This document shows positions 31,687 through 41,503 of a stretch of DNA of 64,000 bases, piece after piece; the first letter of the stretch is position 1; each line of letters opens with the position of its first letter. This stretch comes from Candidatus Latescibacterota bacterium. Its GTDB lineage: Bacteria > Latescibacterota > UBA2968 > GCA-2709665. The notes beneath the pieces were generated by a model, which saw only the letters and a program-made list of their open reading frames with translations, did no database searches and was not told where the DNA came from. The DNA is taken from positions 160,001-224,000 of the forward strand of contig OZ241917.1 of assembly GCA_965203805.1 (NCBI GenBank), given 5' to 3'. Made by a program: the position numbers and the translations under genes.

Positions 31687-32535
31687 ATGCCGTTGCAGGC
31701 CTTCATTCTGGTGATGATCTCCACCGTCCTTCACGCCGCCTGGAATTTTGCGGTGAGGAAGGCATCCGGAAACCTGGGTGTGCTGTGGCTGGGTATGTGG
31801 TTTGCGTCCGTCCTGTGCCTTCCGGCGGTCTTTCTTGTGCCACCTGGGTCTGGCTCGCTAACGGCCGGATGGCCCTTCATTGCGGCGACCGGTCTGACGC
31901 ATTCCCTGTATTTCCTCATGTTGGCCAAAGCCTACGAAGATGGAGAGATTTCGGTCGTATACCCGGTTGCCCGCGGCACGGGCGTGGGAGGTACGGCCCT
32001 GGGCGCGTGGTTGTTGATCGACGAGAAGCTCACGTTCCCGGGTGCTGTGGGCATCGTAACCGTCCTGCTCGGCATCATCCTGCTGGGCCTGGGTGGGGTG
32101 CGTTCGCGGCAGCGGCGCCGTTCCATACCGTATGCGCTCATCGTAGGCGCATCGATCGCCGTCTATTCCGTCGTGGACAAGCTGGGCGTATCGCTTGTTC
32201 ATCCCGTGCATTACGTCTTTTCCCTGTTCGTCATTCCGGGGGTGATCCTCTCTCCGTACGTGCTCTTGCGGCACCGATCCGCGGTTGTCCGGACCTGGCG
32301 CGGCATGAAGAAATACGCGTTCCTGGCAGGGCCGGGTTCCATGGCGACATACCTGCTCGTTCTGTATGCCATGCGCATCGGAAAGGTCAGCTATATTCTG
32401 GCCGTCAGGGAGTTTTCGGTGGTCATCGGCGCCCTGCTGGGGGTACTTTTCCTCGGCGAACGGTTCGGATGGCATAAAGGAGTGGGCATCGGCGCGGTTG
32501 TTTTGGGGCTGGTGCTTGTCAAGCTGGGGGGATAG
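31687..32535 (+). CDS. EamA/DMT family transporter
   Basis: HAAWN, SVVYPVARG, YSVVDK, AVREFSVV; about 10 TM segments. Confidence 0.9.
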   Translation: MPLQAFILVMISTVLHAAWNFAVRKASGNLGVLWLGMWFASVLCLPAVFLVPPGSGSLTAGWPFIAATGLTHSLYFLMLAKAYEDGEISVVYPVARGTGVGGTALGAWLLIDEKLTFPGAVGIVTVLLGIILLGLGGVRSRQRRRSIPYALIVGASIAVYSVVDKLGVSLVHPVHYVFSLFVIPGVILSPYVLLRHRSAVVRTWRGMKKYAFLAGPGSMATYLLVLYAMRIGKVSYILAVREFSVVIGALLGVLFLGERFGWHKGVGIGAVVLGLVLVKLGG

Positions 32536-32560
32536 GCGAACGGCCGCCTGGGAGCAGCAG

Positions 32561-32670
32561 GAACAGCGATCAACCGTCAGCCTGAACCTAGGAATCCAAT
32601 CAGCTGACGTCAGCGCCGTGAAGAGGCGGCACGTGAATCGGCGCAGCAAGACGGGTTGAATCCGCGGTTC
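32561..32670 (-). ncRNA. Candidate structured small RNA (unclassified)
   Basis: Ends are complementary (GAACCGCGGATTCAACCCGTC with GACGGTTGATCGCTGTTC), with internal hairpins; lies directly downstream of a minus-strand promoter with no credible ORF. Confidence 0.35.
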
Positions 32671-32699
32671 AAGATAGCCTGGCGGAAGGGGAGCGTCAA
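32671..32699 (-). promoter_or_regulatory. Predicted sigma70 promoter facing the candidate sRNA
   Basis: Minus strand TTGACG-17 nt-TATCTT. Confidence 0.5.
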
Positions 32700-32745
32700 G
32701 CCCTTAAGCCCTCTGTGGGGATGCCGTGAGAAAGGGAGATTTCGC

Positions 32746-32774
32746 TTTACACGCCATTGGCCGATTCGTATCAT
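32746..32774 (+). promoter_or_regulatory. Predicted sigma70 promoter for the GH38-like gene
   Basis: TTTACA-17 nt-TATCAT. Confidence 0.55.
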
Positions 32775-32839
32775 ACGTCGGCCGATCATAGAGGTCCGGT
32801 AACGCACGCCCACCGAACTGAAACATCGTCGAATCCTCC

Positions 32840-35371
32840 ATGTCGAAAGAGGCAATATACGTCGTTCCGTATTCGCGGTTGACGCTCTTCGGATTGGGCG
32901 ACAAAGAGGCGTGCCTGTCTCGGGGCGTGCAGATTATCGCGCGGGTACTGGGACTGTTGGAGGCCAGGGACGACTTCAGGTTCCTTATTGAAAATCCGGT
33001 CCATTTGTGCGCTTTTCTCAAGGCGCATCCCGAGGCCGCGGATCGGGTCCGGGGCGCGGTTTCCGCGGGGCGGCTGGAGTTGGGCGCCGGCTGGACCCAG
33101 ATGGATCACCGGCTGTCCGCTGGCGAAGACCTGGTTCGGAATCTGCTTTACGGAAAGACCTTCGTCCGCGAGGCGCTTGGCGCGGACCCGACGGTTGTGA
33201 ATCTGGGTGACGGGCGGGGTACGACTTCGCAATACGTTCAGGTTGCCTCCAAGTGTGGTGTCGAACTCGTCGTCCTCATGGGTAACGGGTGGAATCAGGA
33301 CGTCCTGTACCGCTGGCCGGGGCCCGACGGATCGCAGGTGATCTGTTGGGACGCTTTGGGCGGCGGACTCCTGCTCTGGGAAGCCGTTCGGGGAACGCCG
33401 AAGTCCAGGCGGGCTGCAAACGACGTTATGGCCGGCTGGCGCGAAACCCACAATGGCGGGTTGGCGATGCACTGGGGCGGGCTGATGGTTCAGCCCAACG
33501 AAGAGACGCTGGCGCAGCTTGAAGCGTGGGCGGAAGAACAGGACGTCGAGCTTAAACTGGGGACCCCCTCAGGCATTCTCCCGCAGTCCCGGAAAATGGC
33601 GCCGCTCAGAGAGGTGCTCCGGCAGAATTCGCCCGGCGGACCGCATCCGGAACCGGTGTTTCCCGAAACGGCGCCTCTGAACGATCCAGCCGTCCGCGGG
33701 CTGCTGCGGGCCGAGCAGATGTCGGCAATCGCGGAGACGTTTCTTGAGTCGGAATATCCCGGCAAGGTCCTGAAGGCGGCCTGGCTGCGTCAACTCGAGG
33801 CAACATCGTACCGCTTCGATGGCGCGGCGGCGAAGGAGGGGCTGGAACGAAGGCGGAACGATCAGCAGGGCGTCATCGACACGGCGGGACGTATTTCACG
33901 GAATGCCGAGGTGGTGATCGCAGAGCGTATCATCCCCCGTGACGGTCCTGACGGCAGATTGCCCATTGTTGTGTTCAATCCGTTATCCTGGCCGCGCACC
34001 GACCTTGTGGAAGCGCACGTCACGTTTTACGGTGAGGTGGAGGCGACCGACTTTTCCCGGTACGAAACGTACAGGCTGGTGGATGCTTCCGGGCGTCCGG
34101 TGCCGTTCCAGGAACTGGCGGGAAGGCAGACGGAGACGGCCGAGATACGCCTGGTCTTCGCGGCGCGGGAGGTTCCGGCCAACGGATACACAACGTACTA
34201 TCTGATTCCGGGTGTTACGGACAGGCAGCCGCTCGTGGGCATTCAGCCGCCGGAGATGATGGCGCCGGGACAGATGGCGCCTGAATTCCCGGAGCCTTCG
34301 TTCGTTCTGGAGGACGTTGAAGACCGCGTGTCCGAAGCATTCGGGGGGGTGCGGATCGGCCGCCGGTTCAGGACGGCGTCCATCGACCTCGAAGTCGACG
34401 AAATTACCGGCCGGGTGCGGGTGTCGGACCGAGCCGCCGGTGAATTGCTGGTCGACGGCATTCATCTCGTCGGGACAGAGGAGGCGCTGACCGGCGGATG
34501 CGCGGTGACGGGAAGGCGGTTCGAGATGGCCGTGGAACGCGTCGATCTGGAAGAAAGCGGCGAGGTCCGGGCAACGGTGCTGGTGGCCGGGAAACTGTTG
34601 TCGTCCCCCTGTGAGATCAGGTACCGGCTTTACGGTGAACCGGACCGCGTGGACGTGGACCTCCGGCTCCAATGGCGCGATGCGAAGCCGGTACGGGTGC
34701 AGATGGTCTTCCCGGCCGCCGGTGACACCATCCGGTACGGAACGCCGCACGGACAACAGTTGCTCGAGCAAGACGAGCACGAAGGTGATTCATCCGACGT
34801 CCGGCGGGTCTGCCAGGGATGGGTGGCAGTGGAAGGATCGGACACCGGCTTCGTGCTGGCCTCGGACCGGAAGGCGTTTCAGTTCGGTCCCGGCGAAGTC
34901 CGCGGCGACGTTTTGCATTCAGGTCTCGATCCCGCATCGTATTCATACAATGTCATCTGGCGCTCGTTTCCGGAAGACGTGGCGTGCGGTTACTCCATCA
35001 GGGGATACCGTGGAGACTTCGCGCGGGGAAACGCTTTCCACGACGGATGGAACCTGGGCCAGCGGCTGAGCGCCCGGGTCGTGTACGACACGGTTTCCGG
35101 GAAGTCGTTGCCGGACCGGATGCAATTCATCTCCCTCGACGGCCCCGGAATCGTATGCACGACAATCAAGCGGGCCGAAGACGGCGAAGGACTGATTCTG
35201 CGCGCGTACGAAACCGTCGGCAGAAACTGTGAAGCCCGCCTGGTATCCTGCCGTCACGTCGTCTCGGTTCGCGAAACCGACCTGATGGAGCGACGCGTGC
35301 GCGATCTGGACGGGGAAACCATCCCATTCGCCCCTTTTGAAATCAAGACCGTGCGGGTTCTGCTGAATTGA
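32840..35371 (+). CDS. Alpha-mannosidase (GH38)-like protein with apparently degenerate metal site
   Basis: GRLELGAGW, GEDLVRNLLYGK, YRW.GPDGS, VVFNPLSWPR, VPANGY, IKRAEDG.GLILRAYE.G, F.PFEIKTV. Confidence 0.75.
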   Translation: MSKEAIYVVPYSRLTLFGLGDKEACLSRGVQIIARVLGLLEARDDFRFLIENPVHLCAFLKAHPEAADRVRGAVSAGRLELGAGWTQMDHRLSAGEDLVRNLLYGKTFVREALGADPTVVNLGDGRGTTSQYVQVASKCGVELVVLMGNGWNQDVLYRWPGPDGSQVICWDALGGGLLLWEAVRGTPKSRRAANDVMAGWRETHNGGLAMHWGGLMVQPNEETLAQLEAWAEEQDVELKLGTPSGILPQSRKMAPLREVLRQNSPGGPHPEPVFPETAPLNDPAVRGLLRAEQMSAIAETFLESEYPGKVLKAAWLRQLEATSYRFDGAAAKEGLERRRNDQQGVIDTAGRISRNAEVVIAERIIPRDGPDGRLPIVVFNPLSWPRTDLVEAHVTFYGEVEATDFSRYETYRLVDASGRPVPFQELAGRQTETAEIRLVFAAREVPANGYTTYYLIPGVTDRQPLVGIQPPEMMAPGQMAPEFPEPSFVLEDVEDRVSEAFGGVRIGRRFRTASIDLEVDEITGRVRVSDRAAGELLVDGIHLVGTEEALTGGCAVTGRRFEMAVERVDLEESGEVRATVLVAGKLLSSPCEIRYRLYGEPDRVDVDLRLQWRDAKPVRVQMVFPAAGDTIRYGTPHGQQLLEQDEHEGDSSDVRRVCQGWVAVEGSDTGFVLASDRKAFQFGPGEVRGDVLHSGLDPASYSYNVIWRSFPEDVACGYSIRGYRGDFARGNAFHDGWNLGQRLSARVVYDTVSGKSLPDRMQFISLDGPGIVCTTIKRAEDGEGLILRAYETVGRNCEARLVSCRHVVSVRETDLMERRVRDLDGETIPFAPFEIKTVRVLLN

Positions 35372-35488
35372 CGGCAGCCGAACGGAAGGCGGCCGCCGTC
35401 GCCCCTAAAGGTGCGCTTCCGGTTTTGCCGGCGTGCCCGTGCGCCGATCCCGGGACGAGCCCGCGATAACCTTGAGGAGGTGTCTCTC

Positions 35489-36217
35489 ATGGCAGGCATC
35501 GAGGTACCGGTACGTTATTATAAGGATTTCCCCGGCGGTTACGATTACGGGTTCGAGGACTTGAAGCTGCCGCTTGAGCGCTGTTGCTTCCTGCTTGTGG
35601 ACGTGGACGGCGCCTATTCGTTCAAGGGCGAACGCAGGGCGCATCCGACCACCCGGGATTTCATCGCGCCGGCCCTGGAGGCGGCCAGGGCCATAAACAT
35701 GAAAGTGGCGTATGTCCACAACGATCTGAGGCTCGTGGCCGATCCCGGCTGTGTGGCGGGTCAGCTCTGGAGCAGGACGAAGGTACCCAATGGTGACGTG
35801 ATGGAGAGTTGGACCAAACGGCCGGATTACGAACCGGTCTACGTGGATTGCGTTGCGCCACGACCGGGCGAGCCGAATTTCCCCAAGTGGATGTGGAGCG
35901 GGTTTCGCGATACGTTTCTCGATCAGAGGCTCCGCTCCTGGGGTATCGAGAATCTGTTCGTTGTGGGCTACAGCCGGCGGGCGTGCCTGCACTACACGTG
36001 CGCGGAGGCGATGGGCCACAACTACCGTGTCATCCTCCTCCGTGACTGTTCGAATCCGCCGGGCGAGATCGAGTTTCCCGATACGCTGGACGACAGCCTG
36101 CCCGAGGGCGGATGGGTGAATCGCATGATGCTTCGCCAGTTCGAGCACCTGATCGGATTCACCACGACCTCTTCGGAGTTTGTCGCCTCCTGCGAACAGG
36201 TGGAGGCATCGGAATGA
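35489..36217 (+). CDS. Isochorismatase/cysteine hydrolase family protein
   Basis: Asp-Lys-Cys triad (LLVD, FPK..WSGF.DT, GY....C); LLRDC; GAGGAGG RBS. Confidence 0.82.
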   Translation: MAGIEVPVRYYKDFPGGYDYGFEDLKLPLERCCFLLVDVDGAYSFKGERRAHPTTRDFIAPALEAARAINMKVAYVHNDLRLVADPGCVAGQLWSRTKVPNGDVMESWTKRPDYEPVYVDCVAPRPGEPNFPKWMWSGFRDTFLDQRLRSWGIENLFVVGYSRRACLHYTCAEAMGHNYRVILLRDCSNPPGEIEFPDTLDDSLPEGGWVNRMMLRQFEHLIGFTTTSSEFVASCEQVEASE

Positions 36218-37335
36218 AGATCCGTGACATCGACTCCATACTGATCGACTCGCCGGGGCGGAAGTGGACGATAGTTCGGGTCCATACGGACGAGGGACCG
36301 GTGGGGCTGGGCGAAGCCACCTACTCGCAAAAAGAACCCGTTGTGGCTGCGGCGCTGGAACATATGAAACAGGAACTCGTCGGCGAGGATGTATCGCGGA
36401 TCGAGTATCTGTGGCACAAGATCTATCGGATTTCCTCACTCAGCGGAATCTGGCGAATGGTGGGTCCCGTCTGGATGAGCGCCCTGAGCGGAATCGACCA
36501 GGCGCTGTGGGACCTGAAGGGCAAGGCGGCGAACCTCCCGGTAGTCGAGTTGCTGGGAGGAAGATTCCGGGACACCGTCCGTGTGTATACCCACTTCGGC
36601 GGCGCCACCCCCGAAGAATCGGCGAAGCGCGCCAGGTTCTGGGCCGACCGGGGCTACAGGGCATTGAAGACGGGCGCGCGTTCGAATACCGGTCGCCCGT
36701 TCGAATTCTACCTGGACGATGGCGCGCCCGCAGAAACGGCGGCGCATTTTGCGGCAGCGAGAGAAGCTGTCGGGCCGGATGTCGACCTGCTGGTGGACTG
36801 CCACGGCCGTTTTACCGTTGGCGGGGCGGTACGGCTGGCGCGTGCGCTGGAACCCTATGACCTGTTCTGCTTTGAAGACCCGGTTCCCCCTGAAGATCTG
36901 TCAGCGTACCCAAAGGTGAGATCGCAGACAAGCATACCGATCATGGGCAGCGAACGGTTGAACACCAAGACGCAATACCGGCAACTGCTGGAACTGGACG
37001 GAATAGATATCGCACAGCCGGATCTCATCTACGCGGGAGGAATTACGGAGGTGAAGAAGATCGCGGCGATCGCCGATACCTATCATGTTCCGATATCCTT
37101 TCACAATACGAAGGGGCCCGTGGGTATTCTGGCAGCGGCGCATCTGCTGGCGTCTATTCCCAACGAAGCGCCGATGGAGTTCGTCACCGGTATCGAATGG
37201 CGGGATGAGATTTTGGTGGAACCCCTGAAGATCGAAGCGGGCTGTCTGGTGGTGCCCGAAGGGCCCGGACTCGGGGTCGAACTGGATATGGAAGGCGTGG
37301 AGAAATATCGGTGGCGCGTGGGAGACCCCTATTGA
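36214..37335 (+). CDS. Mandelate racemase/muconate lactonizing enzyme family acid-sugar dehydratase (DgoD-like)
   Basis: GLGEA, SGIDQALWDLKGK, VDCHG, FEDP, GSE, QPD, GPGLG; ATGA overlap with the upstream gene. Confidence 0.9.
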   Translation: MKIRDIDSILIDSPGRKWTIVRVHTDEGPVGLGEATYSQKEPVVAAALEHMKQELVGEDVSRIEYLWHKIYRISSLSGIWRMVGPVWMSALSGIDQALWDLKGKAANLPVVELLGGRFRDTVRVYTHFGGATPEESAKRARFWADRGYRALKTGARSNTGRPFEFYLDDGAPAETAAHFAAAREAVGPDVDLLVDCHGRFTVGGAVRLARALEPYDLFCFEDPVPPEDLSAYPKVRSQTSIPIMGSERLNTKTQYRQLLELDGIDIAQPDLIYAGGITEVKKIAAIADTYHVPISFHNTKGPVGILAAAHLLASIPNEAPMEFVTGIEWRDEILVEPLKIEAGCLVVPEGPGLGVELDMEGVEKYRWRVGDPY

Positions 37336-37428
37336 CGCTTCCGCGAGCCCCGGCCGGCCCACACGCTGTCCCGTCGATACCAGGCCGTCCTGCCCATCGA
37401 TCAACCACATACCGGAAATGCTCCGACA

Positions 37429-39036
37429 ATGCTTGACGTCCTGATCAGAAATGCCAGCATCATCGATGGAACGGGCGCGGCCGCCAATGTTGGCGACGTG
37501 GGTATCGATGGAGACGAGATTGCCGCCGTCGGCAGCGTGTCCGGCCCGGCCAGGGTGGAAATCGACGGGTCCGGTTTGACGGCGGCGCCCGGATTCATCG
37601 ACATCCACACCCATTCGGACTACAGCCTGCTGATCGACGGGCGGGGTGAGAGCGCGCTATACCAGGGCGTGACGACCCATGTTTGCGGTAACTGCGGAAT
37701 ATCGGCATTTCCGGCAGGCGGCAACGGATGCTATTTCGGCCCGTTGGAGTCCAGTCGGCTCAGGTCGGAAATCGCGGCGGACTGGACATCCGCGGACGGG
37801 TATTTCGAGACGCTGGAGCGGCAGGGCGTGGCCATCAACGCCGCGTTTCTCGTGGGACATGGCTCGGTACGGCATACCGTAATGGGGCAATCCGTGCGGC
37901 CGCCCCGCCCCGATCAGCTGCAGGAAATGAAGCGTCTCGTCGACGCTCAGATGGCCGAAGGCGCGCTGGGGATCTCCACCGGTCTCACCTATATGCCCGG
38001 GAGCAGCGCGACGACGGACGAAATCATCGCGCTGGCGGCCGTGACGGCGCCCTACGGCGGAATTTACGCCACACATATGCGCAACTATACGGCGTCCATC
38101 ATGGATGCGCTGGAGGAGGCGATTGCGATCGGGAGGGAGGCCGGCGTTCCCGTTCACGCGTCGCACATTACGCCCTGTCCTCCGGCCACGGGCAGCGCGC
38201 CGCGATTGCTCGAACGCATCAGCCGCGCTCGAGCGGAAGGGCAGGACGTCACGGCGGAGACGGAATTCTATGCGACAGGATCCACGTCCTTGAAGTCTCT
38301 GCTGCCGCCGTGGGCCCTCGAGGGCGGAAACGGGAGGATGGCGGAACGATTGTCGACGCCTTTACTGCGAAGGCGCATGTGGCGTGAGATCCGGGAAAGC
38401 GGATCGGAACTCGGCGGGAGCACCAAGACGGTATTGATGCAACGTGGTCTCTGGAAAAAGCTCTGGCTCGGAAACTGCGCAATTAACGCCTCGCTGACGG
38501 GCAAGAGCTTCGCTGAAATCGGCCGGCTTCGCGGTGTCCATCCGTTCGATGCCGTCTGCGATATCCTGATCGAAGAGAAAGGCGCCGTGAGCTTTTACGG
38601 CGAGGACAAGGCCGACCCGGATATCGACTGCCTCGCCCGGGGGTCGCATTGCGGCGTGGGATCGGATGGGCTGGCCATGGCCAATACGGGTCCGCTTGCA
38701 AACGAGAGGGAGCATCCCCGCTGCTATGGTGGCATGGCGTACCTGATTCGTACGCTCGTCCGGGAACGGGGCGTGCTTTCTCTCGAGCGTCTGGTGGAAA
38801 AGCTCACCCGGTTTCCGGCCGATCGGATGGGGTTTGAAGACCGCGGTCGGCTTCAGGAAGGAAAACGGGCCGACCTGGTCCTGTTCGATCCCGAAGGGAT
38901 GCGCGATCTGGCTACAATTCAGAATCCTTGTCGCTATTCAGAAGGGGTTCGCTGGCTCTTCGTCAACGGCGTTGCGGCGATTTCAGATGGAATGGCGACC
39001 GGCAGGAGAGGCGGCCGCGTGTTGCGGCGAAGGTGA
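37429..39036 (+). CDS. N-acyl-D-amino-acid deacylase family amidohydrolase
   Basis: PGFIDIHTHSD, QGVTT.V.GNCG, STGL.Y.PG, YATHMR, HPR.YG, RG.L.EG..ADLVLFD. Confidence 0.9.
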   Translation: MLDVLIRNASIIDGTGAAANVGDVGIDGDEIAAVGSVSGPARVEIDGSGLTAAPGFIDIHTHSDYSLLIDGRGESALYQGVTTHVCGNCGISAFPAGGNGCYFGPLESSRLRSEIAADWTSADGYFETLERQGVAINAAFLVGHGSVRHTVMGQSVRPPRPDQLQEMKRLVDAQMAEGALGISTGLTYMPGSSATTDEIIALAAVTAPYGGIYATHMRNYTASIMDALEEAIAIGREAGVPVHASHITPCPPATGSAPRLLERISRARAEGQDVTAETEFYATGSTSLKSLLPPWALEGGNGRMAERLSTPLLRRRMWREIRESGSELGGSTKTVLMQRGLWKKLWLGNCAINASLTGKSFAEIGRLRGVHPFDAVCDILIEEKGAVSFYGEDKADPDIDCLARGSHCGVGSDGLAMANTGPLANEREHPRCYGGMAYLIRTLVRERGVLSLERLVEKLTRFPADRMGFEDRGRLQEGKRADLVLFDPEGMRDLATIQNPCRYSEGVRWLFVNGVAAISDGMATGRRGGRVLRRR

Positions 39037-39133
39037 CGCTGTGGTCGGAGAACGGCGGACTTTCGGCAGCAGTTCGAGTCTTTCTCCGGGCCACGTGTCG
39101 AGAAAGTCAATATCGGGAACCGGATATTCAGTT

Positions 39134-41500
39134 ATGCGATCACGGTACATTGCCTCAAGCGAACCCGGACGGATTCCGCCATCGGGCTCGGGACGCGCAT
39201 GCGGCGTATTCCTCTCCTGGTGCGCGACGTCGCGGATTCTGATTTTCGTTGTCGTCCTGGTTTGCGCGTTCCCCGCAGCCGCCGCGGATCCGGCGCCTCG
39301 GTCCGCTTTTGAGGATAGCGCAGCGATGCTCCTTGCCGAAGTCCCGCTGGACGTGCTCCTGGCAAAGTACGGCGATTCGCTGTTCAGCCCGCCTGAGGGC
39401 AGGGCGCGGATCTTGAGGGATCGCTACGGCGTGCCTCACATCTACGGCCTTCGAGACGTCGACGTCGCTTACGGATTCGGCTATGCGCAGGCCCAGGATC
39501 ACCTGGTTCCGATGTTGCTGAATTACCGGGCGGCGTCGGGTACGGCGTCGGAAGTGCTGGGCGCCGATCATCTGGAGAGCGACGAGCGGGCGTTGCTCTG
39601 GCGGGTCCGGGACGTGGCCGTCGCACGATACGGCGCGCTGCCCCCCGAGACACGGGACCTGATTCGCGCATTTGCCAGCGGCGTGAACCACTATATCGAC
39701 GTGTACAGGGAGGGGTTGCCCGACTGGGTAACCCGTGTGGGCGGTACGGACGTCGTGGCGCTGTCCCGGTGGCTGATCATGTTGTTTGCGGAGCGGGCGG
39801 GAATTCTCGAATTGCAGGATGAGGGCCTGACGCCGTTGCTGCGTGCCCGCCGCACCACGTCGAATATGTGGGTGTTGGGAGCATCGCGAACCGCCTCGGG
39901 GAACCCGGTTTTCGTGATGGACGTGCACCTCCCGTGGCGCGCTCCGTTTCAACCTTACGAGGCGCACCTTGTCAGCGGGGAAGGGCTGAACGTATCTGGC
40001 GTGACCGTGTTTGGCCTTCCGGTCATTCTGGCAGGCCACAACCGCCGCATGGCGTGGTCGTTGGCAGCGAACGACGCGGACGTGTTCGATCTGTATGAAC
40101 TGAAACTGGATCCGGCAAACCGTAAACGGTATGTGTTCGAGAAGGAAATGAGGCGCATGTCGTCTCAGCGCGTGCGCATTCGGGTCAGGGAGCCCCGGGG
40201 AATCCGTGAAGTCGAGCGCGAGTTGCTCTATTCGCACCATGGGCCGGTCTACAAGGCTGTAGATGACCGGGCCTATGCGGGGCGGTGCAGCGCCGGGGAG
40301 GTCGTCAATGCCATCGGGCAGTTCCATATGATCAATCGGGCAGGCGACCCGGACGCGTTCGAACGTGCGTTGCGAATGCTCCAGTTGCCCATGTTCCATG
40401 TCCTGTACGGCGACGTCGAAGGCCGCATGTTGTATGTCTACAGCGCGCGCAGCCCGGTACGAGCGGAAACATTCGACTGGAGAAGCCCCGTCCCCGGTTG
40501 GGTTCCCGATACGGAATGGCGGAGTATAATGGGGTACGATCGCCTCCCGAGAATACTGAATCCCGCGTCGGATTTCCTTCAGAACTGCAATGATGCGCCG
40601 AATTTCGTTACGCACAACAGCGGTCTGAAGCCCACGGATTATCCGCCTTTCATGGGCTGGGGCGGGCTGGACGACCGCGGGCGGCGTCTGCTGACATGGC
40701 TGTCGGCCAACCCGAAGGCGACGCTGGACCAGTTAAAGGAACTGGCCAGAGACTCCTATCTGATCGCGGCGGAGGAACTGAAAGGCTTCATCCTCAGGGC
40801 GTACAATCGAACGTGGTGGGACATCTACGACCCGGACAGGCAGTTGGCCCATGCTGTGGAACTGCTGCGCGGCTGGGACAACCGCGCGTCCGTCGACAGC
40901 CGCGCGACACTCCTGTTCGCCATCTGGAAGTCCAGGTTCATCGAGCTGTTTTCGGGTGTCCCGCCCGAACAACTGAACCAGGTGCGGGTCATGGAGGAAC
41001 TTGCCCTCGAGGGGCTGAGAATGACCGTGGAGCACCTGATGATGAAATACGGGCGGCTGGACGTGCCCTGGGGCGAGGTGCACGTGATAGAACGGGGTGG
41101 CCGCATGTTTCCGGTGGGAGGTTCGGCGCCGGGCACGTATGCCCTGCATACCATGCGGTCCATCCCGGGTGACGACGGGTTGTTCCGCGTCGAGAGTGGA
41201 TCGGCCTATACGATGGTGGTGGAACTCGCCGATACAATTCGATCATGGAGCCTTCAGTCTCTCGGAAACAGTGAGGATCCCGATTCGGACAACTATAGCG
41301 ACCAGGCGGCGATGCAGGCAAGCGGAGAACTGAAGCGCTTTCGGCTGGACAACGAAGCGATCACCGCGGATCTTCAGTCGGTCGTGACCGTGCCGCTCGA
41401 GCAGGCGGAGGTCGACCGGGAGCAGTTTCGCGTCCGGTGGAAGCTGAAGTCGGCGTCCGACGGGATGGCGGACCCGGAGCCGGTCGATGGAGGCGGTTGA
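39134..41500 (+). CDS. Penicillin acylase family (Ntn hydrolase), exported; start uncertain
   Basis: RDRYGVPHIY, YGFGYAQAQD, beta-chain start SNMW, HLPW, YEAHL, HHGPV, QNCN. Confidence 0.88.
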   Translation: MRSRYIASSEPGRIPPSGSGRACGVFLSWCATSRILIFVVVLVCAFPAAAADPAPRSAFEDSAAMLLAEVPLDVLLAKYGDSLFSPPEGRARILRDRYGVPHIYGLRDVDVAYGFGYAQAQDHLVPMLLNYRAASGTASEVLGADHLESDERALLWRVRDVAVARYGALPPETRDLIRAFASGVNHYIDVYREGLPDWVTRVGGTDVVALSRWLIMLFAERAGILELQDEGLTPLLRARRTTSNMWVLGASRTASGNPVFVMDVHLPWRAPFQPYEAHLVSGEGLNVSGVTVFGLPVILAGHNRRMAWSLAANDADVFDLYELKLDPANRKRYVFEKEMRRMSSQRVRIRVREPRGIREVERELLYSHHGPVYKAVDDRAYAGRCSAGEVVNAIGQFHMINRAGDPDAFERALRMLQLPMFHVLYGDVEGRMLYVYSARSPVRAETFDWRSPVPGWVPDTEWRSIMGYDRLPRILNPASDFLQNCNDAPNFVTHNSGLKPTDYPPFMGWGGLDDRGRRLLTWLSANPKATLDQLKELARDSYLIAAEELKGFILRAYNRTWWDIYDPDRQLAHAVELLRGWDNRASVDSRATLLFAIWKSRFIELFSGVPPEQLNQVRVMEELALEGLRMTVEHLMMKYGRLDVPWGEVHVIERGGRMFPVGGSAPGTYALHTMRSIPGDDGLFRVESGSAYTMVVELADTIRSWSLQSLGNSEDPDSDNYSDQAAMQASGELKRFRLDNEAITADLQSVVTVPLEQAEVDREQFRVRWKLKSASDGMADPEPVDGGG

Positions 41501-41503
41501 ATC

